Shown: piece after piece, positions 49,223-59,147 of the stretch | How positions within the stretch are numbered: the stretch's first letter is position 1 | How the letters are laid out: each line of letters begins with the position of its first letter | Assembly: GCA_963693025.1 (NCBI GenBank) | Contig: OY843749.1 | Coordinates: 712,719 to 776,718, forward strand | Source of the DNA: Arenicellales bacterium | Lineage (GTDB): Bacteria > Pseudomonadota > Gammaproteobacteria > Arenicellales > Poriferihabitantaceae | Length of the DNA: 64,000 nt | Reading direction: 5' to 3' | Translations under genes and position numbers: made by a program | Notes under the pieces: generated by a model | What the model was told of the DNA's origin: nothing | The model's input: only the letters and a program-made list of their open reading frames with translations | The model's database searches: none

Positions 49223-50092
49223 TCACAAACGCGCGCGCAACGCATTGAGCAGTTTGCCGCGGCGGTTATACAGCATGCTCTTGATGAATACCGGTTGCGC
49301 GCGCGTGTTTGTGTCGTGGTTTTGGTTTTGGTTTTGATTGTGGTGACGGTATTTGGTGGCGAGCGCGAGCGCGCGCATATACTTCCTCACCAGCGCAAAG
49401 GTCGCGCGCCACGCATAGCGCGCATCGAGCAGGTTGATGGGCATCGGCAGGAACAGGTTCACTTCAATCACATGAAAACGCCCGCGTAACAAGTCGTCGG
49501 TCGAGTCGGCGCGCACGCTGAGGCGCGATATCTTGAATGCGCCGATGCGCCGCACCAGCGCCCAGAGTTCATCGAGTTGCGACTCGGAAAACGAATCGGT
49601 GATTTCGACATACCGCGTGTTGGCATTGTAAATGCTGTTGACCGGATTGGCTTCGCTGTCGTTGCGCGCCTGGGTGACGGTGAGCACGGCGTAACGCGCC
49701 GGCTGGCGATGGTGTTGGATTGAAAAAATCTCATACTCGTTGGCTTCCGCCGCCCCTTCCTGAATCAAATACGCCACCGCCATCGACTCGGCGCTGATTT
49801 TTTCCCGTATCCGACGCAACTCATCGGCGTTGTCGGCGCGGTAAACGCCGCGCGCGTTTTGACTCCATTCGGGCTTCACGAAGACCGGGTAACGCTCGGG
49901 TTGGCGCATGCCGTCGTCGTAAAACTGCGCCAACCGCCACGGCGATGGAATCAAGCGGTCGATGCCAATCTTGGAAAAAATCCCGGTCTCGCGGTCGAAA
50001 AAGCGCGCGTTCAACTGAAAGTATTTACACGGCCGGGTGGCGAGGCGCATGCAAAACAAAATATAGACGGTCACCATCAGGCAGGCGAGCAT
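49223..50092 (-). CDS. Divergent ATP-grasp-like protein with N-terminal hydrophobic segment
   Basis: YPVFVKPEWSQNARGV, LIQE, FHVIEVNLFLP. Confidence 0.6.
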   Translation of the reverse strand: MLACLMVTVYILFCMRLATRPCKYFQLNARFFDRETGIFSKIGIDRLIPSPWRLAQFYDDGMRQPERYPVFVKPEWSQNARGVYRADNADELRRIREKISAESMAVAYLIQEGAAEANEYEIFSIQHHRQPARYAVLTVTQARNDSEANPVNSIYNANTRYVEITDSFSESQLDELWALVRRIGAFKISRLSVRADSTDDLLRGRFHVIEVNLFLPMPINLLDARYAWRATFALVRKYMRALALATKYRHHNQNQNQNHDTNTRAQPVFIKSMLYNRRGKLLNALRARL

Positions 50093-50153
50093 GGTCGAAT
50101 GGCCGTCGGCGGCGGATTGCGCTTGCCCTGCCGCGTGGGGTCTCCGGGCTTGT

Positions 50154-50645
50154 CTATCGTCCGCGCTTTGCGTTGAGAAAAAACAACACCACGCCGAGCA
50201 CGAGGATGGAAACCGCGGCGTAAAACAGCGAGCCGCCGTCGCTCTTTCCCTGGTGCAACACTTCCACCCCCAGCGGGGTGAACAGGTGGAAAAACACCGC
50301 GCCGCTCATCACCGCCGCCGCCATCAACCCGCCGATGCTGTGCAAGCGCGCGCGCACGCCGGCGCTGCTCCCCACCCCGACCAGGGCGAGCGCCCAACAC
50401 GCCGCCGGCAACAACAACACGACCGATGTCAGCAACTCGAAACTGCCGACCGCATAGGCTCCCCAAGCGGCAAACCACTCGCCGATGGGCGCGCCCAGGA
50501 CTCCCCCGAGCCATTCGCCGATGGTGTCGAAGATGTGCCGGGTGTCGGGGTGGCGGGTGAATTTATACGGCAGGGAGGCGAGGAACACCCTGCATATCCA
50601 TAAAACGATCGCCCAACTGATGATCGCTTTTATTGTTTTGTTCAT
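50154..50645 (-). CDS. DoxX-like membrane protein
   Basis: YKFT...HIF, GSFELL..VLLLP, MSGAVFFHLFTPLG, DGGSLF; start ATG 50645. Confidence 0.65.
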   Translation of the reverse strand: MNKTIKAIISWAIVLWICRVFLASLPYKFTRHPDTRHIFDTIGEWLGGVLGAPIGEWFAAWGAYAVGSFELLTSVVLLLPAACWALALVGVGSSAGVRARLHSIGGLMAAAVMSGAVFFHLFTPLGVEVLHQGKSDGGSLFYAAVSILVLGVVLFFLNAKRGR

Positions 50646-50845
50646 GATGACAGTCTGCTCGACGGGTTGAGTGCTGGAGGTGTGACGATACCACAAAATC
50701 ACGCGGAAAATGGGTTGGCGGGCGGACGCTTTCGCCGCCGGGTCTTGGTTCGCAAGCGCTCCAAACGCCTGAATTTCCTGATAGACTCCGCTTTTCCTGA
50801 ATCGCTCCCTTGCGACTTGTTCCACCCCTACCTCGGAGGCGCACC

Positions 50846-51478
50846 TTGATCGACTTGTACACATGGAACACGCCCAATGGGCGCAAAGTTTCAATCATGC
50901 TGGAGGAAATCGAAATGCCCTATACGGTGCATCCCATCGATATTGGCAACGACGAGCAATTCGACGACGATTTTCTGAAAATCAGCCCGAACAATAAAAT
51001 CCCGGCAATAGTAGACCACGACAACGGCACGACGATGATGGAATCCGGCGCGATTCTGCTGTATCTCGCCGAAAAAAGCGGCCGCTTCCTGCCGCCCGAC
51101 CCCGCCGCCCGCTGGCGCACCATCGAATGGCTGATGTTCCAAATGGGCGGACTCGGTCCCATGCTCGGACAAGCCCACCACTTCCTCGCCTTCAACAAAG
51201 GCGTCAGCGACTACGCGGAAAAACGCTACGCGGTCGAAGCCCAACGCCTGTACGACGTCCTCGACCAGCGGCTCGAAGAACACGAATACCTTGCCGGCGA
51301 CTATTCCATCGCCGACATCGCATCGTGGCCATGGATCTCCCGCTTCGAATGGCAACAAATCGACCCCAACGAATACCCCAATGTCAAACGCTGGTACCAA
51401 ACCATAGCCACCCGCCCGGCGGTGCAACGCGGCTACCATGTTCCCACCCGGCAGAAGGAGATTTCGTTGATGGGTTGA
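50846..51478 (+). CDS. Glutathione S-transferase, YfcG/Nu-class
   Basis: TTG start after GGAGG; LYTWNTPNGRK, SPNNKIPAI, ESGAILLYLAEK, GPMLGQAHHF, YSIADIA. Confidence 0.9.
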   Translation: MIDLYTWNTPNGRKVSIMLEEIEMPYTVHPIDIGNDEQFDDDFLKISPNNKIPAIVDHDNGTTMMESGAILLYLAEKSGRFLPPDPAARWRTIEWLMFQMGGLGPMLGQAHHFLAFNKGVSDYAEKRYAVEAQRLYDVLDQRLEEHEYLAGDYSIADIASWPWISRFEWQQIDPNEYPNVKRWYQTIATRPAVQRGYHVPTRQKEISLMG

Positions 51479-52478
51479 CCGGGCGCGGGGGACACATGCG
51501 AATACTGAAAACTAATCAAAAACCCAGAAAGACTTACCTTGCGCCATGCTCGGCGTTGGTGAAAGATATGACGGTAACCGGAGATTGATCGGGGCGCAGT
51601 TTAATGGCGGAAAAAGAGGCAAAAGCCAGAATCAAAATCAATAAACTGCTGGAAGCGGCGGGCTGGCGCCTGCTGGACAGTGAAAGCGGGAAATCGAATG
51701 TGCTCTTGGAAAACCGCACCACCATCACCAGCGCTGGCCTTGACGCGCTGGGAGAAGATTTCGAAAAAACAAATTTCGGCTACATTGACTTTCTACTGAT
51801 TGACGACCAAAATTTTCCTCTTGCGGTACTGGAGGCAAAAGCAGAAAAAATCAATCCGCTCGCCGCTAAAGAACAAGCGCGTAAATATGCTCGGTCACAA
51901 AACTGCCGATTTGTCATTCTTTCCAATGGCAACTTGCATTATTTCTGGGATTTAGAGCAAGGAAATCCGGAAATTATTACGCACTTTCCCGATAGCGCTT
52001 CCCTTGGGAAGCGCAAAGAATACCATCCGAATTTTGCAAAACTGTCGTCCGAGTTGGTGGAAAGGGATTACATCGCCCTAAGCCACATGCCCGATTATGC
52101 CTGCAACCCAGGGTGGATGAATGAGCGGCAACGTTCAGATTTTGAAAGGAAAGAAGGGCTGAGGTTCTTGCGCGATTACCAGTTGCGGGCGGTGCACGCA
52201 TTGCAACAATTCGCCGGAAAAGAGAATAATCGCTTTCTGTTTGAAATGGCCACGGGCACCGGTAAAACCTTGACCGCGGCGGCGCTAATCAAACTGTTTC
52301 TGAGAACCGGGAACGCGCGGCGTGTGCTGTTTCTTGTGGACCGGCTGGAGCTGGAAGAGCAAGCGCATAAGGAATTTAAGCAACTATTACAGAAAGACTA
52401 CCAGTGTATCATCTACAAAGAAAAACGCGACGATTGGCGGAAGGCTGAAATTGTGGTCAGCACAGTGCAGTCGCTACT

Positions 52479-54099
52479 CAGCCCGTGCAAAAACTCAAGC
52501 CGCCGCAAGCCAATCGTCCGGCGCGGTTTGTTGTTTTAGCGATGCTCGCGCCGGGCGGGGATGTTCTTGCTTAAAAAACGCCGCTCAAGCCGGCGCCGGG
52601 GAGGGCTCCGCCAATCTCGCGCACAGCGTCTCAACGCCCATGAGGTTGATGACCCGTTTCAGGTTATACGCCAGCATACACATACCCGCTTCCGCCTTGA
52701 CTTTATCCAAACCACGCAGCAGAAACCGACCGCCACCCATCATCTGTTTGATGTTGCCGAACGGATGCTCGCTCAAACTCGCCCGCAAACGCATCAACTC
52801 CGGATGCGCCACCGACCGCCGGTGCATGCGCTCCACCACCGACTCATGATAAGGACGACTGATGCTGCGCCGCCGACTGCCAGTGCACTGACTTCGCATA
52901 CCGCAACCACCGCAAGCATCAGTCGTGTAATGCCGCGTCTGCTTCTTCGCCTCGTTGCGATAACGCCGCAACACCTCGCCAGCCGGACAAGTATAAACAT
53001 CGCGCCGACCATCATATCTAAACCGCGCGCGGCTGAAATAATCACCGCGCGGATGCGACAACTTCGCGCGCGGCACCACCGCCGTTATACCCGCCGCCTC
53101 ACACGCCGCACCCTGCGCGCCATTCTGATATCCCGCATCCGCCAACACCGTCAATCCCTTCACCCCCAAAGCCGCCTTCGCTCGCTTCGCCATGCCATAC
53201 AACTGCCGACGGTCGTTGCTCTCAGTGGTCACTTCATGCGCCGCAATCAACTTGTGCTTGCCATCCACCGCCGTCTGCACATTGTAACTCACCGCTCGAC
53301 CGCCGCCCGCTTGACGCATCAGCCGCGCATCTCCCTCGCCCTTCACCACCTGAGCACCACCGCGACCGCGCAACTCCGCCGACAACCCATCCAACTTGCC
53401 CTTATGCGCATCCAACGCCGCCAACGCCGCGCGCACCGCCGACACTTCCGCCACTTCATCCACCGGCGCATCCGACGCATCCGACGCTTCCAGCAACTCT
53501 CTATACGCCGCCACTTCGCGCTCCACTTGCGCCATCTCTCGCCGTATCCGCGCCGCCGTATAAACCGACTTCTTGCCCGACACCGCGCCAAACTTGGAAC
53601 CATCCACCGCCACCAACTCGCCGCCATACAACCCCGCCCGACGACAAAAATCCACAAACCGCGCGCACACCCCCGACCACGCCGCCGCATTGTCCCGACG
53701 AAAGTTCGCAATCGTCTTGAAGTCCGGACGCAAATCTCGCAACAACCACTGCAACTCCTGATTGCGACCACACTCCCTCTCCAAACGCCGACTCGACCGA
53801 ATCTGATTCAAATAACCATACACAAACAACTTCAACATCATCCCCGGATGATACGGCGGACGACCGGTCGCCGCCGCCACCACCTTGCCAAAACCCAACT
53901 CTAACAAATCCAACTTATCCACAAACCGGTCAATCACTCGCACCGCATTATCCGCCGCCACACGCTCATCCAGCGTCACCGCAAACAACGCCGACTGATG
54001 ACGCGATACCCCTTCAACATGACCCATCCCCGAATCCCCCCATATGAAAATCAAAGTCAAAGAATTTTACCCGAATGGGACGAGTTTTTACACGGGCTG
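52479..54099 (-). mobile_element. IS1182-family insertion sequence (1621 bp)
   Basis: TIRs CAGCCCGTGCAAAAACTC and GAGTTTTTACACGGGCTG match 17/18; 4-bp target duplication TACT (52475-52478, 54100-54103). Confidence 0.93.
52585..54027 (-). CDS. IS1182-family DDE transposase
   Basis: QSALFAVTLDE.V..DN.VRVID, GRPPYHP, SSRRLERE, PDFKTIANFR, VDGSKF, YNVQTAVD, ADAGY, EHPFGNIK. Confidence 0.92.
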   Translation of the reverse strand: MGHVEGVSRHQSALFAVTLDERVAADNAVRVIDRFVDKLDLLELGFGKVVAAATGRPPYHPGMMLKLFVYGYLNQIRSSRRLERECGRNQELQWLLRDLRPDFKTIANFRRDNAAAWSGVCARFVDFCRRAGLYGGELVAVDGSKFGAVSGKKSVYTAARIRREMAQVEREVAAYRELLEASDASDAPVDEVAEVSAVRAALAALDAHKGKLDGLSAELRGRGGAQVVKGEGDARLMRQAGGGRAVSYNVQTAVDGKHKLIAAHEVTTESNDRRQLYGMAKRAKAALGVKGLTVLADAGYQNGAQGAACEAAGITAVVPRAKLSHPRGDYFSRARFRYDGRRDVYTCPAGEVLRRYRNEAKKQTRHYTTDACGGCGMRSQCTGSRRRSISRPYHESVVERMHRRSVAHPELMRLRASLSEHPFGNIKQMMGGGRFLLRGLDKVKAEAGMCMLAYNLKRVINLMGVETLCARLAEPSPAPA

Positions 54100-55757
54100 T
54101 ACTGTTCGATAACAAGTATCAAAGGGTGTTCTCTCCCTCCGACTTTGACTTCATCATTTCTGATGAGGCACACCGTTCCATTAGCGGTAATGCGCGCGCA
54201 CTGTTTGAGTATTTTCTCGGCTATAAACTGGGACTCACGGCCACGCCGAAGGATTATCTAAAAAACCTGGAGAATAAGCCCACGGATGCCCGCGAAATGG
54301 AACGGCGTTTGCTACTGGATACCTACCGCACTTTTGGCTGCGAAAGTGGAGAGCCGACTTTTCGTTATTCATTAGTGGACGGAGTACGGGACGGTTACTT
54401 GGTGAAAACCTATGTGGTGGATGCTCGTAGCGAAATCAGCCAAGAGTTGCTGTCGGATGGAGGTCACACTGTCAGTATCCTCGGCGAGGATGGCGATCTG
54501 GAAGAGCATTCTTATATCAGCAAAGATTTTGAGCGGAAGTTCTTGTCCGATCCGACCAATCGGGTTTTTTGCGATACCTTTCTTAAGTACGCTGAGCGCG
54601 ACCCAGTGAGTGGCGAGATTGGCAAAACCATCGTTTTCACTGTCAGTCAAAATCACGCCGCTAAAATTACCCAGCTACTGAACCAGATGGTGGATGAAAT
54701 GTTCCCCGGCAAGTACAACTCGGACTTTGCCGTCCAGGTGACATCTCTTGTTCAAGGCGCCCAGCAATTCAGCCGCAATTTTTCCAACAACAACCTGAAT
54801 GGGTCGGGCCATTTTTCGGATTCCTACAAGACTTGCAAAACCCGCGTGTGCGTTACCGTGGGCATGATGACCACCGGTTATGACTGCACAGATATTCTTA
54901 ATCTTTGCTTGATGCGCCCAATTTTTTCGCCTACGGATTTTGTGCAGATGAAGGGCCGCGGTACCCGGCGCCATGATTTTCTGGAGCAGTTGACCAGCAA
55001 TGACCTCAAAGAAGAAATTGGAGTCGCGCGAAAAGATCATTTCAAACTGTTCGATTTTTTTGCCAATTACGAATACTTTGAGGAAAAGTATGATTATGAT
55101 CAAGTGATCGAGTTACCACACCTCGGTGAGGGTGCTGGTAGCGTTGGCACCGAGCAAAATCAGGCGAAATATGAAAGCCAAGAACCCGATCAACTTAAAA
55201 GTTGGGATGAAACGCTCATCGGCAAGGAAGGAATGAAAGTAGATCGAAAAATGTTTGATCGTTTTGAGGAAACGGTCAAAGCTGACGAGTTTATCCGCCG
55301 TGGTGTTGAGACCGGACAGTGGGGGATTGTCATCAACCATTTGAAAGAAAATGTGTTTGACCGGCCGGAAGATTACTTCAATCTGAAAAAATTACGCTGG
55401 GCGGTGGGTGCCGACCGCCGCCTAAGCCACCGGGAATTGTTGGAAAAAGCATTTGGATTAATTCCGCGTTTCAAATCGAAAGACGAGTTGCTGGAAGAGG
55501 AATTTAATAAATTCATTGCCGACTGCAAGCCTGATAATCCAGAAAGCATTGTACCTATGAAGTACTACTTCAAGGCCTATGTTACGGACAGCCAAGTACG
55601 GGAAATTGTGGGGAATAAGGATTTCTCCAAACTCTATGCAAACTCGGTTTTGCCCTTTGAGGACTACAAAAACGTGCCCGAAAAATGGCGCGAAACCATT
55701 CCTGAATACATCAAGGATTATGTCCAACTCAACCCGTTCATCGGGTAAGGTACGGTC

Positions 55758-57665
55758 ATGCTAGACAGCGCGACAAAGCGACGCATCGACGCGGCCCGGG
55801 ATACTCTGGTCGGGAAGTTACCTGACCCCAAATCCCAGGTAGAGCAAATCACCATCGCGTTGATTTACAAATTTATGGCCGATATGGACAACGAGGCCGA
55901 GAGTCTTGGTGGCAAACGGTCATTTTTCGCTGGCGATTTTGAAAAATACCGCTGGGAGAACCTCATGTCCACCGGCATGGGTGGCTATGATGTCCTGAAC
56001 GTTTACGCCGACGCCATAACGAGGATGAACGAAAACCCAGGCATTCCGCAGTTATTCAGGGACATTTTTAAGAACGCCTATCTGCCCTACCGTGACCCCG
56101 AAACACTTCGCGGGTTTCTAAAAATCATCAACGATTTCCAATATGACCACTCAGAACGCCTGGGCGATGCGTTTGAATACTTGTTGTCGGTACTCGGTAG
56201 CCAGGGAGACGCCGGGCAGTTTCGCACTCCCCGTCACATTATTGATTTTATGGTGGACATTGTCGATCCACAAAAAGGCGAGATGATTCTTGATCCGGCC
56301 TGCGGAACCGCCGGCTTTCTGATATCCGCATGGAAGCATATTCAGAAAGCCAATGCCAAAAACGGAATCTCCGGTGCCGCGCTTACGCCCGATGAGCGGA
56401 AAAAATTAGCGCACAATATTTTCGGCTACGACATTTCCCCCGACATGGTGCGCTTGTCGCTGGTAAATATGTATCTGCACGGTTTTACCGGTCCGCATAT
56501 CTACGAATACGACACCCTCACATCCGAAGAGCGCTGGGGAGAAAATGCCGACGTGATTCTTGCCAACCCACCTTTCATGACTCCCAAAGGTGGCATCCGT
56601 CCACATAATCGGTTTTCCGTTCAGGCGAAACGTAGCGAAGTGCTGTTTGTGGACTACATCGCCGAACACCTTTCTCCTAATGGGCGAGCGGCGGTGATTG
56701 TGCCGGAAGGTATTATTTTCCAATCAGGGAAGGCATATAAACAACTGCGAAAAATGCTGATAGAAAACCACCTAGTCGCCGTTGTTTCCCTGCCCGGCGG
56801 TGTATTCAATCCTTATTCCGGCGTTAAAACATCCATCCTATTTATGGATAAATCTCTTGCGAAAAAGGCAACAGATATCTTATTCGTCAAAGTTGAAAGC
56901 GATGGATATGATCTCGGCGCTCAGCGCCGCCCCATAGAGAAGAATGATTTGCTGGAATCAGCGCGGCAAATTAAGGCATATTTTCATGATTTAGAAAACA
57001 GTAGTGTTCGGAATATGGAGGTTTTCCCCAACACGTGGTTAGCGCGGAAAGAAAAAATTAATGGCAGTGCGGATTGGGATTTAAGCGGTGATAAATATAA
57101 AGAAGATACAGTTGTTAAGCAGTTCGATTGGCCTAGGGTCGAGTTGGGGGAAGTAGCAACAATAAGTTCTGGGAATTCAGCACCGCAAGATAAAACTCTT
57201 TTTGTGGGAGGCGCCTACCCGTTTTGTCGCACGGCTGATGTTGGCAAAGTTCACATTTCCCCAAATTTTACAGAGATATCAGACCATTTGAATGAAAAAG
57301 GCATAGCAGGGCTTAGACTCTTCAAAAAGGGAACAATTCTGCTCCCGAAAAGTGGCGCGTCAACTTTTCTAAATCACAGGGTAATGCTTGCTCTGGATAG
57401 TTATGTATCGAGTCACTTGGCAACAATATATGCAGATAAGGAAAAGATTAGCAAAAATTTCTTGTTTTATCTTCTTTGTAAAGTGGATGCCAAAAAACTT
57501 ACCGCCCAACAAAGTTACCCATCTCTGCGGCTATCAAAAATTAAGAGTCTAAAAATTCCTCTTCCTCCGATGGAAATCCAACAGAAAATTGTCGCCGAAA
57601 TAAAGGAAGATGAAAAACTAATTGAAGCCAATAAGACTCTCATTCTCTCTTTTGAGAGAAAATAA
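55758..57665 (+). CDS. hsdM: Type I methyltransferase fused to a single specificity (TRD) domain (HsdM-HsdS half fusion); possible frameshift at the C-terminus
   Basis: GQFRTPRHI, LDPACGTAGFL, LANPPF, then a TRD ending in IPLPPMEIQQKIV. The -1 frame continues IKTRIATVWGE* to 57697. Confidence 0.85.
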   Translation: MLDSATKRRIDAARDTLVGKLPDPKSQVEQITIALIYKFMADMDNEAESLGGKRSFFAGDFEKYRWENLMSTGMGGYDVLNVYADAITRMNENPGIPQLFRDIFKNAYLPYRDPETLRGFLKIINDFQYDHSERLGDAFEYLLSVLGSQGDAGQFRTPRHIIDFMVDIVDPQKGEMILDPACGTAGFLISAWKHIQKANAKNGISGAALTPDERKKLAHNIFGYDISPDMVRLSLVNMYLHGFTGPHIYEYDTLTSEERWGENADVILANPPFMTPKGGIRPHNRFSVQAKRSEVLFVDYIAEHLSPNGRAAVIVPEGIIFQSGKAYKQLRKMLIENHLVAVVSLPGGVFNPYSGVKTSILFMDKSLAKKATDILFVKVESDGYDLGAQRRPIEKNDLLESARQIKAYFHDLENSSVRNMEVFPNTWLARKEKINGSADWDLSGDKYKEDTVVKQFDWPRVELGEVATISSGNSAPQDKTLFVGGAYPFCRTADVGKVHISPNFTEISDHLNEKGIAGLRLFKKGTILLPKSGASTFLNHRVMLALDSYVSSHLATIYADKEKISKNFLFYLLCKVDAKKLTAQQSYPSLRLSKIKSLKIPLPPMEIQQKIVAEIKEDEKLIEANKTLILSFERK

Positions 57666-57722
57666 AAACCAGAATCGCTACTGTTTGGGGCGAATAATTT
57701 TTTCCTGCCCCATTTAATTATC

Positions 57723-58745
57723 TTAATCTATGATGCTATTTCTATCTTGAAATATTTCTTCTAACGATAAATCTGTTTGTTTATGTTTCATTCCAATTAT
57801 CGAATAATCTGGAACACGAACAATTTCACCATTTTCTTCAATATAAATGTATTTATCGGTTATGTGGATTATCTTGACTCTGTCTATAGATGTGGAATTT
57901 TTTCTGCTTGGAAACATTGAACTATATTCCTCTCTAATTTGAATATCCGCATGCAGTGGTTGCCCGCCACCAAAGCTGCGTGGTATTTCCCCGTAAAGTA
58001 TCCTGCCGAAGGAAGTAGCCAGAACTAATACCATTAAAATTGTAAAGATGCCTGTGTAAGCAACGTTTGTTCCCTCTTTTTTGTTTTTCTCGATAGTTTC
58101 GGAAACAAGACTCAAGTAAAATACAACTGCGGCATAGAAGAAGAAAACGAAACCTAGATTCCAATCACTCATGGTGTAAAAGAAAATGAACACCGCCGGA
58201 AATTTGACTACTATACTTATCGCCTCGCAAATTTTTTGCCATCGGTGTTCGACCCTTAATATAACAAAATAATCTATGATAAACGCTCCCGTCACACATG
58301 CATAATATATGAAGTTAATCTGGGAAGGTAGAAAAAAACTGTAAAAAATTACTGACGCCAAACAAAGGTTAAAAGCAACACCAACACTGGCATTAACCAT
58401 ACGCATCAAAGCGAACACAATCAAGCCTAGATTAATTCCCCTGTATTTAATATACGAATTTGTACCAGAATCGTAATATTTTATCATGGCTATACACGCG
58501 CGACCGGCTGTTAAATAACCAATCGTCAGGTAAAAAATAAAAATCCCCCCTCCATAAAGATAGCGAATGTTTCCAAATTCGAAATCATATACGCCGTATT
58601 GACTCAGATGGCTATGCACAACAACAAAACCCAGTACGTATACAGCAACTGTTAAAGATGCAAGGCCACGGGTCCACGTTTGAAAAACCCATTTGATGGT
58701 ATTCTTCCAACTCTCCGGGGCGGAAAATAATTGTTTTTCAATCAT
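57723..58745 (-). CDS. AT-rich multi-pass membrane hypothetical protein (340 aa)
   Basis: Long ORF in the low-GC island with ~8 hydrophobic segments and a soluble C-terminus. Confidence 0.7.
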   Translation of the reverse strand: MIEKQLFSAPESWKNTIKWVFQTWTRGLASLTVAVYVLGFVVVHSHLSQYGVYDFEFGNIRYLYGGGIFIFYLTIGYLTAGRACIAMIKYYDSGTNSYIKYRGINLGLIVFALMRMVNASVGVAFNLCLASVIFYSFFLPSQINFIYYACVTGAFIIDYFVILRVEHRWQKICEAISIVVKFPAVFIFFYTMSDWNLGFVFFFYAAVVFYLSLVSETIEKNKKEGTNVAYTGIFTILMVLVLATSFGRILYGEIPRSFGGGQPLHADIQIREEYSSMFPSRKNSTSIDRVKIIHITDKYIYIEENGEIVRVPDYSIIGMKHKQTDLSLEEIFQDRNSIID

Positions 58746-58789
58746 GGGTGGTCAATAACCGCCGCATTGCTGATAGTCGCCACGGACGA

Positions 58790-59068
58790 TTAATAGCGCA
58801 GTTGGCTTATCGGAATTCGCATATACCTCCCGCGTAGCCAGGTGGATTCCGGCAACATGACACACACCGTGTCGCCCTTCTGCATGAAGGCGTGAACGCG
58901 CAGTTGTCCGGGGACGGAATCCTTGCCTTGTACGGGCTTATCCACCTTGACCAGCGTGCGGTCAGCGAATAAATGTCCGAATTCGTTGCCGTCCGCGTCT
59001 TTCACCAAGACAGAATATTCGGACGGAAACATGCCGCGCATGACTTCACAGTTAATCCACGTGGACAT
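58790..59068 (-). CDS. Small hypothetical protein (92 aa)
   Basis: AGGGG RBS upstream; beta-rich-looking sequence with no known motif. Confidence 0.6.
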   Translation of the reverse strand: MSTWINCEVMRGMFPSEYSVLVKDADGNEFGHLFADRTLVKVDKPVQGKDSVPGQLRVHAFMQKGDTVCVMLPESTWLRGRYMRIPISQLRY

Positions 59069-59147
59069 GGTTTTACCCCCTTAGTGATTGGTGAGATGAC
59101 ACCCGCACTATACCACATCCCCGCCCGGCAAAAAGACATCCCGCCGA

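Larger units (their letters stand above)
51604..55748 (+). pseudogene. hsdR: Type I restriction subunit (EcoEI/type IB-like) interrupted by IS1182
   Basis: The 5' part has ID...EAK nuclease and ATGTGKT motifs; the 3' part has DEAHRS and MMTTGYD...QMKGRGTR. Removing the IS and one TACT copy restores a 2520-nt ORF (...VQSLLFDNKY...). Confidence 0.92.

Noticed and set aside
54075-55748. Independent 557-aa helicase gene
   Set aside because: It is the C-terminal half of hsdR; removing the IS restores one continuous ORF.
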